DNA of 63,929 nt, filler included, from Reclinomonas americana ATCC 50394 (Eukaryota), in NCBI GenBank assembly GCA_048213135.1. It is 5 parts of 3 records of this genome, joined end to end, with 100 filler letters (N's around TTAATTAATTAA, not from the genome) between each part and the next. Parts side by side here need not be neighbours in the genome. Positions count along the whole stretch, not along the records: positions 41,890 to 52,886 come from PS015514.1; positions 52,987 to 62,792 come from PS015514.1; 3 more parts are not named here. The stretch is one strand, 5' to 3'. This document shows positions 45,860-59,000 of this stretch, in pieces; the stretch's first letter is position 1, and each line of letters starts with the position of its first letter. The notes under the pieces are model-generated. The model saw only the letters and a list, made by a program, of their open reading frames with translations. It was not told the origin of the DNA and searched no databases. A program made the position numbers and the translations under genes.

Positions 45860-48538
45860 GTCGTGTATCCAGCGATGATTTCCGCAAAGTGCTGGCCGAG
45901 TACGGCGTGAAGCGCGGAGTCAATCCAATCGTCCGTCGCTTTGCCGCCGCCGCCGGGGCGTCTCCCGCCTCCGCCGCAGCGTCGCCGTCTACACAAGTCG
46001 ATTACACTGCGTTCTTGTCGTACTTTGCCGACGCGAAAAAGTTCTGCAATGGCCATGGCGCGCTCTCTCTCTGTGCTCTTCTCTCTTGTGTACTGACGTG
46101 TGGGTTTGCGTTGTGTAAAAAAAACAAGGCCGCAACGGACGCCGCCGACGCCGACGAGTATGATGGCTGCACTGGCGTCGCCGACTTCGTTGAATGCCGA
46201 GGTGGGTGTCAATCATGAATGAGAGAGAATGAGAACAGCAATGGGAGAGAGCAGTGTGAGGCAGTGTAGAGCAGTGTGGGAGAGAGAGAGAGCGTGTTTG
46301 GAGTGAGAATGCGTTCGACTTTGGATTGTCACGTTCTGTCATGTCTGAGATATCGAAACGCAGCGGACAGTGTGTCTGGTGAACGATCGAGTGTGTATGT
46401 GTGTGTGAGAGAGAGCATAGAGAGCGAAGAGTGTGTATGTGTGTGCGTGTGAGAGACGGTGAGCGTTCTTGTGACGCGATGAATCGCGACCAACAGTGCT
46501 TTGTCTTTGCGAGAGAGAGTGTCACGATAAGCGATGTCTTGCGTGGCTGTTGTGTTTGTGTGTACTCGGTTGTTGTCGCCGCGGGGTTGGTGGTGTTTCG
46601 TTGAACTGGCGATATTTCTCCGATTTCTCGGACGCGCGGCACTCATCAACCGCTGAACTGATTCTCGTCTCTCCTCCACCCTGTCATCTGTCTTGTTCTT
46701 TGCCTAGTTCTCCGTCTCCCTTGCCTCTCACTTCTCACGTCACTCCTCGACGCGATCCTCTCACTCCCCACATCTCGTTGTCCACCTCTCGTTCTCCACT
46801 TCGCGCTCTCCACTTCTCACTCCCCCACCTCGCTCTCCCTCCTCACTCCCCACCTCTCACTCCCCACCTCGCTCCCCCTCCTTTCCCTCTCTTTTCTCGC
46901 TTCCCACCTCACTCCCCCACCTCACTCCCCCACCTCTCTCCCCCACCTCGCTCCCCACCTCGTACTCCCCACCTCGCACTCTTCACCTCGCTTCCCCACC
47001 TCACACTCCCCACCTCGCACTCTTCACCTCACACTCCCCACCTCGCACTCTTCACCTTGCACTCTTCACCTCGCAAATTCCAACCTCTCACTCCCATCCT
47101 CCCCCTTCGCTCGCTTCCCCTTCCCTCCTTTCCCCTTCCCTCCCTCCCCCTTCCCCTTTCCCTCCCTCCCCCTTCCCCTTTCCCTCCCTTCCCCTTCCCC
47201 CACCCTTCCACCTCGCTCACCTCCCTTCCCCCTTTCCCCCCACATAGACTCCACCCGTCTCCCAGGCCAAGCCCACCGAGATCTCCCACTCCCCGAACCC
47301 GCGCGACATGCGCACATCGGTGGACAGGAAAGCCAATCACCTCCACGGACCTGGCGAGTCATCACTCGCACGCTTGCTGAAAGATCGCGACCGCGTCGGC
47401 AGCACACTCCGTGAGATGGACCGCGAGCGCAAGGGAGTCGTCTCCAAGGCCGATTTCGAAGCTGGTTGCGTCGCCGTCCCACACCCACCCTATTTTTGTG
47501 CCGCTCGCTCACTTTTGCTATTGAATGGCAGGTTTGGAGAGCGCTGGCATTCGAGCCACTGACCCCGAGGTGCAAGCCATGGTGCGTCGCGCCGAGACCG
47601 CCGATGGCAAGGTTGCGTACTCGCAGCTGCTGTCGATTCTGCCAGACGCCACCACCATTACCACCCCGTCGGCCGAGTCATCGTCGCACGCCAGCCTGAT
47701 GGCCACCACCGCCGCCAACCAGTTTGTGCCCGCCGCCGCCCAGAACGCCGCCTCGCGCCGCAAGTCGGTGCCGGAGACCATGGATATGCGACAGAACTCC
47801 ACGCCGCTCAACCCGGTGACGCAGAAGCGCATGGCCAAGTTGGATCGCGCGATGCAGCTCTTTTCGAGCTCCGATCCGCTCAACACGGGTGTCGTGCCGG
47901 CCGATGACTTTGTCAGCAGTTGCGTGGGTGGCAGGTGTTGTTCAGGGTGAAGGGATGTGTTCTTCTCTCTCTCTCTCTCATGTTGCTTGCTTTTATCATT
48001 TTCTGTCATCTCAATTCCAGTTACCCGCACGCTGTCACTCGTTTCCCGCTGCATCTCGGTCTTCTCTCTCTCTCTCTNNNNNNNNNNNNNNNNNNNNNNN
48101 NNNNNNNNNNNNNNNNNNNNNNNNNNNNNNNNNNNNNNNNNNNNNNNNNNNNNNNNNNNNNNNNNNNNNNNNNNNNNNNNNNNNNNNNNNNNNNNNNNNN
48201 NNNNNNNNNNNNNNNNNNNNNNNNNNNNNNNNNNNNNNNNNNNNNNNNNNNNNNNNNNNNNNNNNNNNNNNNNNNNNNNNNNNNNNNNNNNNNNNNNNNN
48301 NNNNNNNNNNNNNNNNNNNNNNNNNNNNNNNNNNNNNNNNNNNNNNNNNNNNNNNNNNNNNNNNNNNNNNNNNNNNNNNNNNNNNNNNNNNNNNNNNNNN
48401 NNNNNNNNNNNNNNNNNNNNNNNNNNNNNNNNNNNNNTCTCTTCTCTCTCTTCTTCTTCGTTCGTTCGTTTCGTTCTTCTTCTTACTTCTCTCTCTCTAC
48501 TACTACTACTACGTACTCGTACCTCTCGTCTCTCTCTC

Positions 48539-48636
<98 letters not shown>

Positions 48637-51600
48637 CCTGACGTACTCGTTGTCACTCATCTTGTACGTTGATGGTCACGCTCCATCACACTCCTGCCTT
48701 TGTCTTCCATCCCTCATGTCTCCCCGCATTTCTCTCCCTCTCCCTCTCCCTCGCTCCCTTTCCACTCTTACTCTCCCGTGTAAATTCTTCCCTCATTACA
48801 TCGCTTTCCATTTCCGTTTCCCTTCTCCTCTTCCCTTTCCCTTCTCCTCTTCCCCTTCCCTTCGCTTACCCTCTCGCAGCCCTCCGCACCATCAACCCCA
48901 CCGTCGGACCCAAGGAGGTGGAGCACCTCGTCAACCGCCTCAGCGATCCCGCCACCCGCACCGTCGACTACCGCAAGTTCCTGCAGGTGGCCAGCGCCCT
49001 CGAGAGCAAGTTTGTCAGCGATCCCTCCTCACCCAGCGCTGGTGGCGCCGTGACCGACGACAGCGACGTTTCGTCCATCTCGTGGCACTGTTCTACCTTA
49101 CTCCACAACTCACCTTCGCGTCTTTATCTCTCACAGCAACGACTTGCGTTTGGTGTGTCGTCCCCTCTGGCTGCCACCCGTCAGGAGCGCGCCGAGATGC
49201 TTCACACTTCGGAGGTGTTTGACTCGAGTGCGGTGAGTGGCTGCGAGTTTGGCTTGCCAGGCTGGCTTCTGTAGCTCACCACTTGCACTGCAGCCGCCAC
49301 CATCATCGCCGGCCGGCAAGCGCTTCGTCAGGGAAAACGTCAACGTTGCTCCCAAGTTTGACGAGCAGAAGCGCCGTGATGTGGTGACCTGGGACCGCTC
49401 CAAGGCCCTGACTCCGGAGGAGAAGCGATTGGAGGAGCTGCACAAGACCATTCGTGATAAGGTGTGTGATGAGATGGGGAGGTGGTGGGCTTGCTGGTAG
49501 ATTTTCCTTCATGCACTGTCTCTATGTACTTTGCCACCTTGTTCACGTTCGTGACGTGGCTTGACGCGCGCACGCACGTATTTCTTGTGCGATAGTTACA
49601 CCGCATGCGTACTTCCTGTGGTGTGGTTGCTGTGTGCGATGAATCGTGCAAGCGCTATTCTCTTAGCCACATTGTGCGTGTTCTCTTCACTGTATTTCCT
49701 TCTCACCGTAGCGCCTTGACGCGCGCACACGCACGTAGTTTGACTTCTTTCTGTTCTGCACTGTCTCGGTGTGCGTGTCCTCTACTCTGTATCTCCTTAT
49801 CGTCGTTGTGCCATGACTCAATTCCCTACTCGTTCACTCTCATGGTGCATTGTTTTTCTGTACATCGTCACACTTCTTTGCATTCCCTGTAGTGGTATCG
49901 TCTTGTCGTTTTTTCATAGAAATACGCGCGCACACGCGCGCATCTCAATTATCTACATGTCTTTCTTGGCTTTGGTGTTCATTTTCGTGACGTGCTCTGA
50001 CGCCCGCGCATTATTCTCTTCTCCCTTCACCTCTCTTCTCCTTTCCCTCACCCTCCCCCTTTCCCTTCCCCCCTTCTCACCCTTCCCCCTTCCCTAGGTG
50101 TACGGCCGCTCGTCCAACCTCGTCCAAGTCTTCCGCCAATTCGACCTCGACGGCAACGGCACGGTCGACCGCGACGAGCTCCGCAACGGCCTCTTTGGCC
50201 TGGGCCTGCAGCTCAACGGTCCCGATTTCGACCGCCTCTACCGCTCCTTTGACAAGGACGGCAGCGGCGAGATTGACTACCAGGAGTTCGCCACGGCTGT
50301 GGGCATGGGGTGCGTCGAGTTTCCCTCCCCCTTATATTGTGTTTTTCACGCGCTCACACTCTCTTCGCTAACAGACCGCCTCCACCACCCACCGAGTACG
50401 ACCTGTCGGAGCGCCGCGAGTTCACTGGCGGCATCAAGGGCGGTGTCGACGTGAAGATGGATCGCGACAAATCCGACATCTTTTTCGAGGGCGACGTGTC
50501 GAAGAAGGAGGAGGAGCGCATGCGCACCTCGGTCAAGGTCAATTACTACAAGAACAAGACCTCGGACGAGGTCAACCTCAGCCACAATCCGGAGGTGCAG
50601 GAGGAGATGGAGTTCCGCTTCCTCCGCGAGCAGATCATGGACAAGGCCGAGCGCAAGACCGAGCGCATTCGCGACCTGTTCTTGGAGTTTGACGAGAATG
50701 GCGACGGTGTCATCTCGTACGACGAGTTCCGCCAGGGTCTGCGCAAGCTGGGTGTCAACGCCAAGCCTGTGCAGGTGGAGAAGCTGATCCAGTTGGCCGA
50801 CGCCGACGGCAACGGCGACATAGATTACGCCGAGTTTGTCGACGTTATGCGCTTTGACAAGATGTTGCGTTGCGGGGCAAGAGTGGGGAAGGGTGTTTAG
50901 ATATCTGTGCAGTGACAGACAGAGTGCGGAGGTGAGCAGCAGATAGGGAGAGAGAAGTGCCAGGGGGTCTGTGTAGCATGAGGGCGTGCAAAGCGGGCGA
51001 GAGGTGCTGTGAGACTTTCTCAGCCTTCGAAACCATGAGTGTTTCTTCTTTCTGAGGCAAGAAGTTGCATGAGATCTGCGGAACAAAAGAAAGAAGGAGA
51101 ATGTGACTTGCTTCACCTTGGCAACGATGAGTGGTTCTGTGTGCCAGAGAGCGTGTGGCAGAGTGTACAAGGGATGTACTGTGCGACGTTCTCCACTTGT
51201 GAAGTGATGGGGAGAACTGTGAGACTCGTGCGCCGAAGATGTGCATTCTTTTGACTCGTGGAAGTGAGGGCAAGCTCAGTGATAATGTCTGTTGTTTGTT
51301 GAATGCATGTCACTGTGTTGCCGCTGCTTGATCACTTCCCGTCATATTCCTTTGCTCTTTCCTTCCTCCCCGTCCTCAATCCTCTTTCCCTTGCACCTGC
51401 CTCCCATCCTTTTGGCATCTCTTTGCTTCTCTCCCCTTGTATCTTCTGTCCCTGTCTCTCGTCCTTCTAATTTCCCTTTCCCTTCCCCTTCTTCTTACCC
51501 TTCCCCTTCCCTCCCTTCCCCTCCCTTCTCCTTATTCAGTGTGGCCGAGGACCCATTCGCCCAAGCCGCCATGAGGCGCAAGACCGTGCGCCGCCGCAAG

Positions 51601-52373
51601 GTCGACTACCCCGGCAACAAGTGCCTCGGTATTCCGACCGACGTGCTGAACCAGCACCCCGAGTACGAGCGCCGTGACTACGAGTTTGCCTCGTCGCAAG
51701 GCGTGTACCAGCTGGTGCCGCTGGTGAAGAAGGGCAGTGGACCGACGATTGTCGGACCGGACACGATGACCACCACCGACCGCAAGGATTTGCTGCTGCG
51801 CCGCAAGATCACTGTTGCGTGACATGACAAAGATGATGTTGTGGTTGTTGTAATGACTGTTGTTATTCACACTGTTTTTTTTCCCCCAACAACAGGAGAA
51901 ACTGTGGGGCCGCGACGACCGCCTGCGCGACATGTTCCAGCGCTTTGACAAGCGTGGCGAGGGTCACATTACGTACCCCGAGTTCCGCGACGGCCTCAAC
52001 TCTCTGGGCGTGGAGCTCACGATTCCCGAGTTTGAGCGCCTCGTCACCTACATTGATGCCGACAAGTCGGGCACGATCGAGTACAACGAGTTTGTCACTC
52101 TGGTGCGCCCTCCCGGCGGCGATGACGCGCCCGGCTCGCCTGTGCGCGTGCCCGACCACCTCAAGTCGTCGCTGAGTGGCGCGGCTGGAGCGCTGGCTGA
52201 CGATGCGGGACCACGCCGCAAGATGACGCGCCAGGATCTGATGCTGAAGCGCCGCATTGCCGACCGCATTACGCAGAAGACGGCCGACATTCGCCGCGTG
52301 TTCCAGCAGTTTGACACGGACGGTAATGGCAGCTTGGATCTCGACGAGTTCCGCACTGGATTGGAGAGCTTGG
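45860..52373 (+). CDS. Large multi-EF-hand calcium-binding protein (about 13 EF loops), partial
   Basis: Loops include DRERKGVVSKADF, DLDGNGTVDRDEL, DKDGSGEIDYQEF, DENGDGVISYDEF, DADGNGDIDYAEF, DKRGEGHITYPEF, DADKSGTIEYNEF and DTDGNGSLDLDEF in spliced exons. Confidence 0.9.
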
Positions 52374-52886
52374 GTGCGTGGATTGGAGAGGGGACGGGAA
52401 GAGAGGGCAAGGGAAGAGAGAGGGAAAGGGGAGAGAGAGGGCAAGGGAAGAGAGAGANNNNNNNNNNNNNNNNNNNNNNNNNNNNNNNNNNNNNNNNNNN
52501 NNNNNNNNNNNNNNNNNNNNNNNNNNNNNNNNNNNNNNNNNNNNNNNNNNNNNNNNNNNNNNNNNNNNNNNNNNNNNNNNNNNNNCAGAGTGTAGAGAAC
52601 ACAGATTGTGAGAACACAGACTGGAAAGAACAAGGAGTGGACGGGAACAAAGAGTGGATAGAAGCAATTGAGAAACACACAGACAAATACACGAGCGGAG
52701 AGAACGTAGAGAGGGAAGAGAAAACACAGTGTGAAGAACAGAGAGTGGAGAAACAGAGCAAGGAGACGGAGAATACACTTTATGAAGAGAACACAGATGC
52801 AGAGAACACGGAAGATACGGAACAGGTAGACTCCTCTCCGCAATCTCTTCCCTTTCTCTCCTCTCTACAATTCTCTCTTCCCTTTC

Positions 52887-52986
52887 NNNNNNNNNNNNNN
52901 NNNNNNNNNNNNNNNNNNNNNNNNNNNNNNTTAATTAATTAANNNNNNNNNNNNNNNNNNNNNNNNNNNNNNNNNNNNNNNNNNNN
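52887..52986. other. Artificial scaffold linker
   Basis: N-TTAATTAATTAA-N. Confidence 0.95.
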
Positions 52987-53011
52987 TCCTCTCCTCCTCC
53001 TCCTCCTCCTC

Positions 53012-53128
<117 letters not shown>

Positions 53129-53234
53129 CCTCCCTCCTCCTCCCTCCCTCCCTCCCTCCCTCCCTCCTCTCTCTCTCTCTCTCTCCCCCCCCCCCTATCT
53201 TCCCCTTGCTCACCTCCCTCTCTCCCTCCCCCAG

Positions 53235-53893
53235 GTGCCATTCTTCGACCAGAAGACATTCGCGACGCCTTTTCTCGCATTGGCTTGCCGCTGAGCGAGG
53301 GCCAGGCAGCACGCGTGATGTTGATGGCCGGCAGCGACCCTGCAAAGGGTGTGTCGCTGGCCGAGTTTTGCAAGACCTATGGTGGTGCGCCGCTGTCGCC
53401 GCTGGGCGAGGAGCTAAGTATGCCCGGATCGGCCGACCGCAAGAGCAAGGGCTTCCAGAACGTGTCGGAGGACCCGCACTTTGGTCCGTTTATTCGCGAC
53501 GAGATCAACGGCCCTGTGCCGCGCCGCAACGTCAGCAGTGGCGACATTATCGGGCACACGGATTCGGTGGAGGGCGACCTGTCGTCCGACCCGCTCATCC
53601 CCGTCGGCTCCTTCCAGGCCCTCAACTCGCCCACGGCGGTGCTGCGCGGTCGCCAGTGCTCGCCGGCACCTGCACGCGACCCGATTACGTGGCGCACGGA
53701 GGAGCCGTTGAAGACGGAGCCACTGCCACCGCCCGAGCTGCGCAAGGAGATTGGTGTGGTGGTGCAGCGCGCCAGACCACTGACGCCCGGACCGACGCTG
53801 AAGAAGAGCGACTGGAGGTCACCGAACTCGAACTATGGTGCGGTGCGATTCTCCACACCGCCGCCGACCCCACGACGGAACCCGCTGTTCTAA
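53235..53893 (+). CDS. Terminal exon with degenerate EF-hand pair, possibly the 3' end of the multi-EF-hand gene
   Basis: ccag acceptor; AILRPEDIRDAFSRIGLPLSEGQAARVM...GVSLAEFC; TAA at 53891-53893. Confidence 0.7.
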
Positions 53894-54255
53894 GAGCGAG
53901 CGGAGAAAAGAGAGAGAAAGAGAGAGCGGGATGGGGCGGTGCTCTCTCTTTTTTTGTTGTGTGTGTGTGCGCTCTGTTGTGTGTCGTCTGCTGCTTGTAT
54001 CATGTGCATTACAAACGAAATACATGCCTTATTGTGAGGAAATGGGGGCAGGGGGAAAGGGGGAGGAAAGGGCTATTGAAGTGCAAGGATCAAAGGTCCA
54101 GCAAAGCAGAGGGTCTGGAATGCATGTTACAAGTCCGATCCGGATGTCAGAGTTTGCCAAACTCCCCAAGAGGAGAAGGAGCTCGAGGAGGACAAGTGGC
54201 TTGCAAGTCTGTCGAGAAACCATCAANNNNNNNNNNNNNNNNNNNNGTCGTCGTC

Positions 54256-54345
<90 letters not shown>

Positions 54346-54926
54346 CCCCTCAATCATGATCTATTTCTGCACTTATCAATCTCATTACTCTCTTTCTTGT
54401 TCTTCTTCCTCTGCCTCTCTTGTTGTCGTTGTTCTTGGTTCTTCGTTCTATTCTTGTTCTTGTGTTTGGTCTTCGCCTTGTTCCCCTACTCTTTTTTGTT
54501 CTTGTTCTTCTTCTTGTCCTTGTTCTTGTTCTTCTTGTTCACCTCCTCCTGCTTCTTCTCTTCTTGTTCACCTCCTCCTGCTTCTTCTCTTCTTGTTCTT
54601 GTTCTTCTTGTTCTTGTTCTTCTTGTTCTTCTTCTTCCCCTCCATCCTCCTCCTCCTCCTCCTCCTCCTCCTCCTCCTCCTCCTCCTCCTCCTCCTCCTC
54701 CTCCTCCTCCTCCTCCTCCTGTTCCTCCTCCTTGTTCTTCTTGTTCTTCCTGTTCTTCTTCCTTCTCCTTCTTCTTCTCCTTGGTCTTCTCCGTCTTCTT
54801 CTTCCTCTCATCCTCCTCCCTTCTCCTCTCCTCTCCTCCTGTCGCCCCTCCTCCTTGTCCTTTCCCTTTTCCTTTCCCTTTTCCTTTCCCTTTGCCCTCC
54901 ACTCACCCCTTCCACCCACCTCGCAG

Positions 54927-56062
54927 AACGTGGGCTCCATCAACCGCGACGAAGAGACCGCCCCTGACCGCTACTTGCGCGCCGGTGCCCGCGCTCTCGG
55001 CATGCCCTTTGTTCGCTTCATCCCCACTCGTCGTTGCGCGCCTTGCGTTCTTCTTCTTCTTCTCCCCCATCTTTTTGATGACTATTCGCTGAGCTCTGCT
55101 CTCCCCAACCCAGCCGCGTACTTTGGCAACGCGATACTCACCCGCCTCCCCGTTCTCAAGTTCGCCTGGACGCACATTCCCGAGGTCGCCGTGCCACCAA
55201 CCTCGTCGTACGCCGACTATGGCGATCGCTCAGTGGCCGCCGTGCGCGTGCTGCTCGGCGACGGGCACGTGGTGAATGTGGTGTCGACGCACTTGGATCA
55301 CCGCACTGAGGACATTCGTGTGGGCCAGATGCGTTTCGTGAGCGAGTGGATGCGCGAGTTTGCGGCGGCGCCCAACGACGACGGCTCGTTGGTGGGGGTG
55401 AACGCTCCGTGCTTGGTGGTGGGCGACTTGAACTCGCTGCGTCGTGCCGACTATGACGAGGAGCAGTGGGCGCTCGTCAGGCGTGGTCGCAAGAAAGCAG
55501 TGATTGAGCCGGCGCGCTTCGAGGTGGTGCAGCTGATGGAGGAGGAGATGCAGTGGGTGGACTGTGCTCGCGTCGTGGCGCCGTGTGTGGGGGAGGTGAG
55601 GAGAATGAGTGAGAGAGGGAGAGAGATCATAGAAGGTGCTGCTTGTGCGACCTGCTGCACTAGGGAACAGAAGCTGACTTGCTGAGTGTGACGGTTGTGG
55701 TATTGATGACGCAGGCACGCTCGTGGGAGACTGTAGCGAGTCCGGCTTGGCCACAGTTGCGTCCGTGGGCGACTGTCAGCCCGCCGGGCAACTTCTTCTT
55801 CAACGTGGCCACCTGCTGGGTCGGCACGCGCGTTGATTACGAGTTTGTGACGCCCGACTGGAGCCTGCCGGTGGTGTCGTGCGCGCCGGCCGACAATCGC
55901 AGCGCGGATCACTTGCCACTCATTGCGGAGTTTGCGGTGCCTGAGGGCGGAGATGCGGTGATGGCAGTAGCAGCAGCAGCACCACCACCAGTAGTGGAAG
56001 CAGAGGAAGTGGCGGTACCACAACAGGGTCGTTTACAAGAGGAAAATCCTCACGTTGTCTAG
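54927..56062 (+). CDS. Endonuclease/exonuclease/phosphatase (EEP) family protein, 5' missing
   Basis: FGNAILTR, STHLD, VVGDLNS, RVDYEF and SADHLPL catalytic motifs. Confidence 0.9.
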
Positions 56063-59000
56063 CAAATATACGTGAAGCACTGCGGTCCTGAATAGCACTG
56101 TGCGGGAGGAGGAGATGAACATTCATGAAGAGGACGGATGTTAGGGGATACCAGAAGCAGACCTTGCTGCACGATTCGCACTTGCTGCCAGTGTATTGGA
56201 CCTGTGGGAGAGACAGAGAATGTTAGCATGAGTCGCCGCGCCTGCCGACGTTGCGCATCCTTGTTGCAGAATATTTTCACGTTGCAGTCTCTGTCTTTAT
56301 CCATGCGCCGGTGCAAGGAAACAACCACAATATCTTCGCTTTCTCCGCCACATTTATCATTCTCGTCCTCTCTATCTCTCTCCCAACACACAACCTTGTT
56401 GCAAAATAATCTCTCGTTGCTGTCTCCGTCTTTATCCATGCGCTGTTGCAAGGAAACAACCACAATACCTTCGCTTTCTCCGCCATGCACTTCCTCTTTC
56501 TCTACCACCGATCTCTTCTTCGTCTACTTCTTCTTGTTCTCCTTTTCTTGCCCTTCTTCTCTTTCCTCTTCCTCTTCCTGTTCCTCCTCCCGTTCCTCCT
56601 CTCTTCCTCCTCCTCTTCCTCATCCTCCTCCTCCTTTCTCTTCTTCACACATTTTTCTCATTCCTCGTCTCCCTCCACTAAACATTGCATACGCAGATGC
56701 CGGAAGCTCTTCTTCCGCTCTTTCCCTCTCTCTCGACACGTATACCATACCCCAGCCCCACGATACCCACTGCGAACACAACTGCAAACCATGTCTCCCC
56801 GCCACTTCCCCACCATGCACCGTCTCTTCCTCCCATTCTCATATCCCGTCTTTCCCCACACCACATTGCACACACAGTTGCCAGAATCTTCCCCTCGCTC
56901 ATCCTGACTTAATTCGCACTCGCTCCCTGCTCTGTCTGTCTCACTATTTCTCCCGTTTTCTTTCCCCACCCATCTCCCACCCTTTCCATCCCTTCCTCCC
57001 TTCCCCTCATCTCTCCCGTCCACGCAACATTACACACACAGTTACCGGCCGCGTTGCACTGGCCGCGACCACCGCATGTCTCAACAGGCCGACAGCTGCA
57101 ATCTGGTCCGCCGTACCTACACCACACATGGAAATGTGAGATTGCTGCAGTCAACACTGAGCAAGTGGCCTGCACAAACAAACCCTGTGTAGCACTTGCA
57201 AGTTCCTGCGAATAACAAACAACACTCTCAGCTCAGCACAGCAACACACCAATCCCACCACAAAAGCACAGACGAACGCACCGTCGGGGTTGCAAGTACC
57301 ACCATTAGAGCAGGTGATCTGAGCCGAGCACTGAGTCTGCAAGGGAGTAACCTCGTTGTCAGAACCAGCTGCTAACAAGCTGTGGGATGTGAGAAGGCTC
57401 ACCGCTGGTGCCGTCTCGCAGCTGGTGCCAGTGTAACCGGTCTTGCACACGCAACCGGTGCCTGTGAGGCCATCCGAGCAGGAAGCGGTGCCCGTTGATG
57501 AGCTGCAGTTGGAGCAGGGTGAGTGGAAACTACGGAACAGGACGAAGAAAGACCACCGTCATCAAACCATGAGGAGCACTGCAGCAGTAAAGCACAACGA
57601 ATGAGCTCGATATGCGCACAACAACAATCACTCATCAAGATAACACCACACCTTGCCAGCGCAAGACGCGCCAAAATAGCCAGCCGCGCATTGGTTACAA
57701 GCGGCGCCAGCAAAGCCCACATCGCACGTGCTACGAGAGAGAGGGAAAAATTGCGGTGATAAGAATGAGAGTCAGCGGCTACTGCATCATTGAAAGTCGA
57801 ATGCAGACCAGGTGCCAGCCGAAGTGCAAGTCCCGCGACTGGAGCATGTTCCGGCTCGCGAGCATGCGCACGTCGGGCCACTGTAGCCAGTGTTGCATGA
57901 GCAACCGCCAGTGGATCCGCTGACGCACGTGGCGGTGCCGAGAGTCGAGCACTCGGTGCATGAGCGATCGCAGAATGAACCCCAGAATCCCGACTTGCAC
58001 ACGCAGCCAGTGGAGCCGCAGGAGGCGGTGTTGGCGGCCACGCTGTGGGGTGGAGTAAGAATTCACAATCACCATGTCACTCTCCTCCTCCCCCCACAAG
58101 AAACTCACCATGTGGAGCACGTGAGAGTGCACGAGGCACCGAAGAAGCCCGCAGCACAGCCACTGCAACTGGCGCCGCCATAGTTGCCAGTGCACACACA
58201 GCTACCGTCAGCCTGTGCGACACCACGACCGGAGCATGTGGTGGCATCCGCGTATTGACACAACGGTCCGGCGGTACCAGCGGGGCACGAGCATTTTCCG
58301 TCGCCAGCAATGCCCTGGCGGCAAGTGCCACCATTCTGACACACTGGGCACTGACCGCTGCAGTCGGCACCGAATCGGCCGACGGTGCACTCGCTGCAGG
58401 AGGCGTTGCCTTGCCATGCCGCATTGCACACGCATGAGCCAGTTGCTGAGCATGTACCTCGTCCATTGCTACTCACCAAGAGAGGAGTGTGAGTTGCGCG
58501 TGCAGTGCCCCACGAGAGCGAACAACTCACCATGTGGTGGCCGGCACACAGACAACGGCAAGGGAGCAGTCGGACTTGGTGGAGCCATTAATGCACAAGC
58601 ATGCACCAGTGTCTGCATCATGCCGGCAAGGTGAGCCACATAGACTTCTCCAAACTGCACATCGCGTCAAACGCAACTGAGACACAAGCCACCGCCGGAG
58701 CAATTGACGGCTGGGTCGCACGGTGTGGGATTCTGCACGCGTATGAACAGGATGAGGAAAACGGAAGCAACCACAGCATCGCAGCATGCAATGCAGTGCC
58801 CACCGCCACGTAGGTTCGGCAATTGGGGAACTGCAGAGGGAATCGAGTGAGGGGAGACAGAGAAAAGGAGGGCAGTGCAGAATCACAAAAGTCACCTCCG
58901 AGGCAACATAGTTGCGGGCACAAGCGTTGCAGTTTGGTCCCTGTGTGCGTGAGGACGTGAGAACAGGACATACATTCACACGGCACCACCTCCATGAACG

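Noticed and set aside
54247..54926. Poly-Pro, poly-Glu and poly-Leu ORFs
   Set aside because: CT/CCT/CTT simple repeats forming an intronic pyrimidine tract before the acceptor at 54926.
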